Positions 54,130-64,000 of a DNA stretch of 64,000 nt are shown piece by piece. A program made the translations under genes and the position numbers. The stretch covers positions 1 through 64,000 of the forward strand of contig NW_021832272.1 in assembly GCF_006345805.1 (NCBI RefSeq), read 5' to 3'. Numbering within the stretch: position 1 is the first letter of the stretch; each line of letters opens with the position of its first letter. The notes below the pieces were generated by a model. It was not told the DNA's origin. It saw only the letters and a program-made list of their open reading frames with translations, and ran no database searches. This stretch comes from Octopus sinensis (Eukaryota).

Positions 54130-54965
54130 GTAGTGGTGGCTGTGGTGGTGGTGGTAGCAATACTTGTTGTAATGGTGGTAGTAGTAGTAGTGGTGGTGGT
54201 GGTGGTGGTGGCTGTGGTGGTGGTGGTAGCAGTACTTGTTGTAATGGTGGTAGTAGTAGTAGTAGTGGTGGTGGTGGTGGTGGCTGTGGTGGTGGTGGTA
54301 GCAGTACTTGTTGTAATGGTGGTAGTAGTAGTAGTAGTGGTGGTGGTGGTGGCTGTGGTGGTGGTGGTAGCAGTACTTGTTGTAATGGTGGTAGTAGTAG
54401 TAGTGGTGGTGGTGGTGGTGGTGGCTGTGGTGGTGGTGGTAGCAGTACTTGTTGTAATGGTGGTAGTAGTAGTAGTGGTGGTGGTGGTGGTGGTGGCTGT
54501 GGTGGTGGTGGTAGCAGTACTTGTTGTAATGGTGGTAGTAGTAGTAGTGGTGGTGGTGGTGGTGGTGGTGGTGGTGGCTGTGGTGGTGGTGGTAGCAGTA
54601 CTTGTTGTTTAATTGTAGGTAGTAGTAGTAGTAGGTGGTGGTGGTGTGGCTGTGGTGGTGGTGTAGCATACTTGTTGTAATGGTGTAGTAGTAGTAGTGT
54701 GGTGGTGGTGGTGGTGGTGGTGGCTGTGGTGGTGGTGGTAGCAGTACTTGTTGTAATGTGTGTAGTAGTAGTAGTGGTGGTGGTGGTGGTGGCTGTGTGG
54801 TGGTTGTAGCAGTACTTGTTGTAATGGTGGGAGTGTAGTAGTGTGGTGGTGGTGGTGGTGGTGGTGGTGGTGGTGGCTGTGGTGGTGGTGGTAGCAGTAC
54901 TTGTTGTAATGGTGGTAGTAGTAGTAGTGGTGGTGGTGGTGGTGGTGGTGGTGGTGGTGGTGGTG
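54130..54965. repeat. GGT/AGT-derived minisatellite with a 57-66 bp unit
   Basis: The unit ggctgtggtggtggtggtagcagtacttgttgtaatggtggtagtagt(ggt)n is repeated more than ten times. Confidence 0.9.
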
Positions 54966-55401
54966 GTGAAATCGGTGGTGTTGATTGTAATGGTGGGATG
55001 TGGATGTGGTGGATGGTGTCAGCATCACCACCAACACCAACAACAACAACAGCACCACCAACAACAATACCATCGCCACCACCACCACCACCATCACCAT
55101 CACCATCATCACTACTACTACTTCTACATTCACCACTAGTGATGCTAGTTGTGGCAGTAGTGGTTGTAGTGGTGGTAGTTAGTTGTAGAAGTGGTTATTG
55201 TAGCAGCAACGGTGATAGTACATGTGGTGTGGTTAATGGTGGTGGTGGTGGCAGCAGTGGTAGTGGTGAATGTAGTAGTAGTAGTAGTAGTAGTAGTAGT
55301 TGACGTCGAACAGAGTTGATGTCACAGTTGCATGTCCACCATCGTTACAATGTTATAATTATGGAAACTTTTAACTGTTGTTGGCATCGATGAAAATGAT
55401 G

Positions 55402-55440
<39 letters not shown>

Positions 55441-56010
55441 CGATGATGACGATGATGATGATGATGATGATGTTGATGATGTGTTGTTGGGTACTCGCCT
55501 GTCTTGCTGTTATTGTGTGTGTGTGTGTGCCTTTCCCTCCCTCCCTCCACTACCACTTGACGACTAGTGTTGGTGTGTTTACGTCCTTGTAACTTAGCGG
55601 TTCGGCAAAACAGACCGATAGAACAAGCACCAGGCTTAATTTTTAATTTTTTTTATTTTTTAAAATAAAGTACCGAGTCGACTAAAATTCGACTAAAATT
55701 CTCGAAGGCTGTGCCCCAGCATGGCCGCAGTCTAATGGACAAGTAAAAGATAAGATATATTTGTTGTTGTCGATGATGATGATGATGATGATGCGTGGCA
55801 GTTGTATTGTTGCTGATGTTGTTGTTGTTTTTAGTGTTGTCATTGATGTTTTGTCCCAGGTCAGATCTTACCTAACAAACCACACACACACACTTATGTT
55901 CAAAGGCGTTCCAGTAATGACCACCCCCACCTTTTTAAAACACGTTATGACACGATTCTCTGGATCAGTGTTGTCGAAGTTCTCGTGGTAGTAGCAGTAG
56001 TAGTAGTAGA

Positions 56011-56087
<77 letters not shown>

Positions 56088-56920
56088 AAGCAGCAGCAGC
56101 AGCAATTCCATTGTGGTTTTACTGTTGGTTCCGTTGTTGATATTAGCGATCTTGTTGCTTATGATGATGCTGATGCTGATGATGATGATGATGATGATGA
56201 CGATGATGATGATAATGATGACGATGGTGCTGCTGCTGCTACTGTTGATGAAGATGATGATGATGCACTTGCTTATTATAAGGATGATTAATTTGTTGTT
56301 GTCGTTGTTGTTGTTGATGGTGATGATGATGATGACGACGATGATGTCGGTATTGCTGTTGTTGCTGTTGTTGCTGTCAAAAAATGATTTGTTTCTCAGT
56401 CATTCACGTTATTTACTCCATTCAATTAAAGAAAGAAAAAAAAAACAAATGAAAAGGAAAAAAGAAAGAAAAACGTAAAACCACCCCCCACACACATACA
56501 CACTGCCCCCCACCCACCCACCCCCAAATTTTTTTTTAAAACAAAAAAATAACCAAAGCAAAAACAAAAAGAAGGGGAGAAAAAAATGGCGATGCATGAA
56601 AGAGATGAGTGAGATATTACAAGTGAATGTTTTTGCGCCGGAGGCGGGAAAATAAAAAAAAGAGTTTCTCGTTTCTTCATTCAACGATAATGTTTAATCA
56701 CCGCCTTATATTTCAAATGTCATCTGCAGAGTTTCGTGTCGCCCATCAGTAGAAGGAAGAGGAGGAGGAAGAGAAGGAAAGGGAGGAGGAGGCAGAAGAG
56801 GAGAGGAGGGTTGTAGGTTGTGCGGACCGTTCGTTTGCCAATATTAGATAACAGCATCGTCTGCGTGTCGGTCTGCTCGTCTGACTGTGCGGTTGTTGGG
56901 TGATTGTGTGCAAGAAGTTC

Positions 56921-56971
<51 letters not shown>

Positions 56972-57120
56972 TGTGTGTTTCTCTGCATTTTCTGCGTGTT
57001 TCTTTACGTGTGATCCATGTCTATATTTCTGTCTGTCCGTTTATGTTCAGTTGGTTTCACATTGGTAAAGTCGTCAGCTCGATTCTTGGACAGGACGGCA
57101 CGATCCCGGAACCAGAGGTC

Positions 57121-57499
57121 TATTATTATTATTATTGTTCGACCGTGGTCGAGACAATGGAATTTACTATGTTACGCCAGACTTCACGGTCCATCATAGC
57201 ATTACGGAGGTCCTGTTGCTGGATGCCTGTATCCCTGGAGATTACATCAGGGTAGGAGAGTGTGCGCACTCTGGTATTGCGAGTAGATGGCTTCCAGGGG
57301 AGAAGAGTAGAAATTACCTCTTTTTCAGCTCTACAACAATGTCCAGCAAACTAGACTCTCTTACCTTTCACAAGAGATGACACAGGTGGTAGTTTCCCAT
57401 ATATTTGCATTTTGGTTGGATGGCGCTTCCACGAGAGATTTTGAGCTCTCATAAGGAGGCGAGTGTAGGTTCCATCCAACCGCCTCTCAAGCTTCTTTG
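57121..57499 (-). mobile_element. Second 5'-truncated copy of the RTE at 35014, with a (TAA)n tail
   Basis: Nearly identical to about 35299-35663; possible TSD gaggt(c/a)ta. Confidence 0.9.
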
Positions 57500-58015
57500 A
57501 GGTATACTTAAGCCACGCACGTACGTACTTCATTTCACGTTGCTCCAGTGTACTCGACTGGAAAGAGCACACACCAAATGATTGTGCATCTCTCCCTCTC
57601 TACATTGTGTGTGCGTGTGTATGAAAAACAGTTTTGGTAGTGTAGAGAATAGTATATTGGTAATAATGATAAGTTTAGTCAGAAGAAAGGAAGGAATTGT
57701 CCCTTAGTTTATTTCTACACAAGTACAAATAAATCATCAAATTTTCTGAGGAGATGAAATGAAATAAGATAAAATGAAGTACAATATTTACGTTATATTG
57801 AAGACATTTTTGTCAAGCCTTGAGAACGTTTGTGCCTCTACATGGACTAAAAACTTCTTAAGAGACTACGAAACTACCATGTTTTCACCAGTTTCCCTCT
57901 CATTATTAGCAAAACGCGAACCGGCGATAGACCATCATAATATTATATCTTATAAAATATATTAAAATATATAAATAGTGTGCTTTTCCTTCTGTTATAT
58001 ATATTTTCATTATGT

Positions 58016-58392
58016 GGAGGCGCAATGGCTCAGTGGTGAGGGAAGTGGACTCGCGGTCGTAGAATCGCGGTTTCGATTCCCAAACCAGGCGTTGTGAGTG
58101 TTTTTTGGGCGAAAACACCTAAAGCTCCACGAGTCCCCGGCAGTGGGAGTGGGGGCTGCTGTACTCTTTCACCACAACTTCCTCTCTCTCTTTCTTCCTG
58201 TTTCTGTTGTACCTATATATCAAAGGGCCAGTCTTATCAGACTCTGTGTCACGCTGAATCTCCCCGAGAACTACGTTAAGGGTCACGTGTCTGTGGAGTG
58301 CTCAGCGACTTGCACGTTAATTTCACGAGCAGGCTGTTTCGTTGATCGGATCAACTGGAACCCTCGTCGTCGTAACCGACGGAGTGCCACAA
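58016..58392 (+). mobile_element. tRNA-derived SINE: head C plus tail D
   Basis: tggctcagtgg A box and ggtttcgattccc B box. Confidence 0.8.
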
Positions 58393-58441
58393 TATTTTCA
58401 TTATAACTCACCAGCAAACTTGTTGATATCACCTCGTATAC

Positions 58442-58477
<36 letters not shown>

Positions 58478-58760
58478 GAAGCCAGACATAGTGTTAATTG
58501 AGAAAGAAAGCAAATGATGCTGGATCATAGATATAGCATGCCCAGCTGATAACAAGGTATGCGATAAGGAAGGAAGAAAAGTCAATAGATATGAGAGGTT
58601 AGCTTGGAAAGTTAAGCAGTTGTGGTCGCTGTAAAATGTGGTAGTAGTGCCAATAATTGTCGGAGCCCTGGGAACAGTGAGTTAAAATCTTGAGAAGTAC
58701 ATGGAACCAATAGGGGCTGCAATAAGGGTGGAGCACTTGCAGAAAATAGCACATGTTCCA
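58478..58760 (+). mobile_element. Restriction-like endonuclease C-terminal fragment (R4/Dong-like)
   Basis: PDIVLIEK..IIDIACPADNKV..VVVVPIIVGALGTV motif. Confidence 0.8.
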
Positions 58761-58799
58761 GTATGAATCAACAAGTGGACGAGCATTATGCTCCGAAGA

Positions 58800-59560
58800 T
58801 GTTACCTTTAACAGGAATGCGAAGTATTAAGACAAAGCTCACGTAAACAATAAAGCAATAACGATTAACATGAAAATTGATAACAAAATTCTCCAACAGA
58901 AGGAATAACATCCAGGCGTAGCCAAAGAAGCCTCTCCGTCCAGAAGAGGCTATCCTTCTCTCATCCGTCCTCTTCATCCTACAGGCACAAACCTAGAGTA
59001 GACTCACTCACTCGAGCAACCTTCATCCAACTTTCAACTAATTTACTTCGGGGGCAGGAACCCTCCCCGACTTCTCTCGCTTCCCGTTTGAAATGAAACT
59101 TGTAGAAGTCGATGAGAGTTTGGCCGAAGAGGAGAGCGTCTGTCCTCAAACCTCTCAATCGGGTTAACCACACAACCTCTTTCTCCATGGCTACAAGACA
59201 AAGGAAAACTGCTCGTCTTTCCCGTTCAAAGGATGACGGTAGAGGGATCTTCCCGATGGAGTCGGCCTGTGGCTGCGCGACAGAATTCCAGAAATACCCA
59301 GGGGTTATACGAGCGCTTGAAGGACAATTTCGTCTTTATGCGCGATTCTTGGACAGGCCCAGACGACAGTCTTACAATGCCTGCAGGATTTATCCTGAAC
59401 TTGTAATGATCCTGGTTGCATTGTCAAGCCGAGGATTTTCTGGAAGTTACTTAAAGGACCTGAAATGAAAGACCTCCGGAACAGCTGATTCTCGTCGTCG
59501 CCCAAATTGCTTCGAACTCGGGCTCAAGTCCAGCAATTCTGAAAAGAGCGAATGGTTTGG
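58800..59560 (-). mobile_element. Degenerate L1/Tx1-like LINE 3' fragment
   Basis: CPRIAHKDEIVLQALV and KEVVWLTR resemble the Cys-rich C-terminus; homologous to 62155-63050. Confidence 0.55.
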
Positions 59561-60656
59561 AAGCATCGATCTTGATATTTGATCGTTACTTAATTTTATC
59601 GACCTCTACTCCAACAATCGCTGCCACATACCACCATCAACACCACAACAAACACCAAAACTATCATTACATATAACAACTACCACCACCCGCCGCCGCC
59701 ACCACCACCACCGCTACCACCACCACCGCCGCCACCACCACCACCACCACACCACCACCATCACCACCACCACCACCACCACCAAAAACCCATTGAAAAT
59801 CAATAGGCAATCGCCACATTAATCACCAACACTACCACCAACACAACCACCACCACCACCACCACCACCACTACCACCACAACCACTACCACCACCACCA
59901 CCACTGCCACAACCACCACCGCTACAACCACAACCACCTCTACCACCGCCTCAACCACCACCACCACCACCACCACCATCATCACTACCACCTCGACCAC
60001 CATGACCAACACGACGACCACCGACACCACCACCACCAACACAACTACCACCACCACCACCACCACCACTACCACCTCGACCACCATGACCAACACGACG
60101 ACCACCAACACCACCAGTACCACCACCACCACCACCGAAGTTACCCTAATTGCTGTTCCTGTTGCTGCTGTCGTTGTTGTTGTTGTTGATGCGGTTCCTT
60201 GTTGACCATTTTCTGGCTCTCCTCCTCCTTCTGGTTTGTCTGGCTGCCGTTCTTTTTGTTGTTGGAAACAGCTTCTCTTGTGGCTGTTGTTGTTATTGTA
60301 TTCCCCCCCTGCTGTTCCAATTTAAACATCTTCCTTTAATTATGTCTCAGCTTGTTTTTTTTTACAATCTTTTCTAGCATTGGCTTAAATAATAAAAAAA
60401 GAAAAGAAATTCAAACAAATTTTTTTTACCCTAAACACACACACGCATACACATATGCATGTACACACACACATGCATACACACACACACATACAAATGC
60501 ATGTACACACACACACATGCATACTCACACACATGCATACACACACACATTCAGATGCAGACATACGTATGAACCATTAGTGTGTATGTGTACACGCACA
60601 CACACACACATATGTATATATACAGACGTTTGTATGTTGCTATGAATATGTGTGCA

Positions 60657-60695
<39 letters not shown>

Positions 60696-60900
60696 GTATG
60701 CATATATATATATGTATGTATGTCTATATAAATGCTATGTGTAAATATATGCATATGTACGCTTGTGTGTATGCGTGTTGTAGGAATGTACGTTTGAATA
60801 TGTGTGTATTTGTATGCGTGTGTATTTCTACGAATATATGTAAATGGATATGTCTATAAAGATATATATATATATCTTTATAGACATATCCATCTATCTG

Positions 60901-60967
<67 letters not shown>

Positions 60968-60980
60968 GTCTATCTATCTG

Positions 60981-61031
<51 letters not shown>

Positions 61032-61046
61032 CTGTCTATCTATCTG

Positions 61047-61085
<39 letters not shown>

Positions 61086-61267
61086 CTCACTCTCTCTCTC
61101 TCTCTCTTGTATATATATGTATATATTTATGTACATACACATTTATGTATATAGATGTACATATATATATGTATGTATGTATATACACTTATGTATGCGT
61201 ATATATATTTGTATTTGTGTGTTTGTGTGTGTATGTGTATATACATGTATGTATGTATATATGTATA

Positions 61268-61322
<55 letters not shown>

Positions 61323-61464
61323 CACATACATTCACACGTACATACATTCATATGTACATACGCAGATGCGTGTGTAGATCGATATCATATATACATACAC
61401 ACACGCACACACACGTATATATATATGCACATATATATATGCATACATACATACATACACACAT

Positions 61465-61499
<35 letters not shown>

Positions 61500-61706
61500 G
61501 AGAGCAACAGTGACTGTCAGTGTCACATTGATTTATCAGAGATCCAAATGAATGTAAATAAAGACACCACTTATCAAAGTCAGGGAGAAAGCAGCAGTCG
61601 CCATCATCATCATCATCACTGTCATCATCATCATCATCATCATCATCATTGTCATCATCATCATCACCGTCATCATCATCATCATCATCATCAATCGACG
61701 TCGTCG

Positions 61707-61740
<34 letters not shown>

Positions 61741-62154
61741 CGTCGTCATCATCATCATCATCGTCGTCGTCGTCGTCGTCATCATCATCATCATCGTCGT
61801 CGTCGTCATCATCATCATCGTCGTCATCATCATCATCACCACCGTCATCATCATCATCGTCGTCGTCATCATCATCACCGTCATCATCATCGTCGTCGTC
61901 GTCGTCATCATCCTCATGGTCGTCGTCATCATCATCACCGTCATCATCATCATCGTCGTCGTCATCATCATCATCATCATCGTCGTCGTCATCATCATCA
62001 CCGTCATCATCATCATCGTCGTCGTCATCATCATCATCATCATCGTCGTCATCATCATCACCGTCATCATCATCATCGTCGTCGTCATCATCATCATCAT
62101 CATCGTCGTCATCATCATCGTCGTCGTCATCGTCGTCATCATCATCATCATCCA

Positions 62155-63050
62155 AGATCTGCCTCAAAACACGTGCCCTCCCCAATTTAGGTTTCCCGAT
62201 TCACAGATCTATTTTCAAGGCAGTGCCATCCATCCACTGTCGCCATTTTTGCCCCTTTCATCCTCCTTTCAATACATTCACTCGGTGGCAGCGCCTCCCT
62301 CGGCACCCTCACATTCCCTCTCCGGTGAAACTCGAAAAGGTCGATGAAGGATCTACCGAAGAGAAAACCTTTCAACCTCGTCCACCACACAAACTCTTTT
62401 GCCCGATCTACCAGACAAAGGAAAGCTGTTTTCCTAACCCCGGTCAATTGAGAGCGATAGAGCAATCATCGCTATGGATTCGACCGGTAGCCGGATCCAT
62501 CCTACACACAACACCAGCAGCAGTTCGACATTACTCTACAAGTCAGCAATGCTCGAACACTGAACGAACGAGCGCAGAATAGTTTCATCGTTTGCGTAGC
62601 TCTAGGATAGACTCGTCTAACCGCACTTCCATTCCTGTGAAGTTCATCTAGAACACGTATCGCCCCTACGTAGCACCTCTGATCCAAGTTCCCCTGAAAA
62701 TTTTCCATGGTAATTTTCCAGATTAGCCAGTTCGTTTTCGTCGACGCCTAATCTCCCTGAAAACGTCACCAATCTTCCTTGCCACTGATTTTCAAAAGTT
62801 TGCTAGAGGGGAGCATCTACCGATCCCGTTGCTCGTATGGTAGAGGACGGTAAGCACCTGACATTCTAGGTACCATGTGTCGATTGCTCAGCCTCAGATT
62901 TGTTTCATTCAGGACTGCAGCATCGTCAAGAAGACGAACTGCGTTCAGACATTCCTCATCATCTAGGAATCTTTGCAGAAGATGTATTCTCAGTGTGTGA
63001 CTGCATTTCAGCAGCCACGGCATGCCTAAGCGACCATGTCAATAGTGTTG
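62155..63050 (-). mobile_element. Degenerate L1/Tx1-like LINE 3' fragment
   Basis: LGMPWL..HTLRIHLLQRFL, NFQ..RCYVGAIRV.D.LHRNGS and NDETILRSFVQC motifs. Confidence 0.55.
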
Positions 63051-64000
63051 GCAGCAGGTGGACCACCTAACCAGTGGAATGTGTCATCGTCGCATAATAA
63101 TGAGGAGCAGACACTCCAATCTGATTAGGTGTTAAATGGGATAAGGTTTAACAGTTCCGTCAGTTCAGCTCCTTGCAATGGTAATTTCATTATCTACTTC
63201 GAAAATGAAAAACAAAGGCAAAGTTAATTTCAGTGGGATTCCATGTCATATCCAAATACGTCAAAGTATTTTGTCTGAGCCTTTAACAACACGGCAAATT
63301 CGTGCCAGCCTTCTTCCAACTACTTATTGGAGAGGATATAGAAAAATCATCCTCCGTTTGATGAAGATCAGAAACATGTCATTTTTCTGCTCGCCTTTCC
63401 TCTGATAAATTCGTCGAGCAAGGAAGTACTACCTTCTGTAACATATCTCGTCCACAGCCTCTCATCATCATCATCGTCGTCGTCGTTTTCATCATCGTCG
63501 TCATCGTCATCATCATCGTCATCATCGTCATCGTCATCATCGTCGACATCGTCATCATCATCGTCATCTTCATCATCGCCACCATCATCGTCATCATCAT
63601 CGTCATCTTCATCATCATCATCATCATCGTCATCATCATTGTCATCATCACCATCTTCATCATCTTCATCATCGTCATCACCATAATTGATATTATTCAA
63701 GATCTTTATAGTTTTTGCTGGTTTTGCCAGTAATTTGATCTCATCTGGGTATTGTGTGTAAAGAAACTGCATAGAAAGAGTGATCGGGCTTGGGGGTCGT
63801 GTAGTGAGGGTAGTGGTGATGGGGATGATCATGATGATGGTCGTGGCGCTGGCAGCGGTGGCAAAATGACCGACAGAACATTGATTAATGGCGGACAGAT
63901 GCCGTATTTCACGTGTTGATATGGATATGCAATGATGATGATGACTACGACGACGGCAGCGGCGACAACAATGATGACGATGAAAGCGATGACAGATAAG

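Noticed and set aside
58016-58090. Functional tRNA gene
   Set aside because: The A/B boxes run into a SINE body, with no intact cloverleaf.
61348-62582. Poly-Ser/Asp/Met ORFs up to 385 aa
   Set aside because: A (CAT/CGT)n array fused to antisense LINE debris.

Overview
This is repeat-dense, AT-rich animal genomic DNA, most likely from an octopus. That is an inference from the tRNA-derived CORE- and Meta/MESC-type SINE families and the very high microsatellite load. Nearly all ORFs in the supplied track are translated microsatellites or retroelement debris. One convincing protein-coding gene is present: a Torsin-1A-interacting protein (LAP1/LULL1, TOR1AIP family) homolog. Its CDS lies in a single exon (13274-14221, +), preceded by probable 5' leader exons (about 7021-7131, 10879-10961, possibly 3926-3995). 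The protein appears to lack the arginine finger that activates Torsin ATPases. The rest of the window is SINEs, RTE/CR1/Tx1/R4-Dong-like LINE fragments, Penelope-like (PLE) fragments, a Helitron, MITEs, mini- and microsatellites, a tRNA-Asp pseudogene and local duplications. The most striking hidden signal is a set of minimal hammerhead-ribozyme motifs. They occur in PLE-type inverted repeats and in a family of short non-coding elements next to (TA)n/(CA)n tracts. All homology calls come from recalled family motifs compared by eye; no database searches were run.
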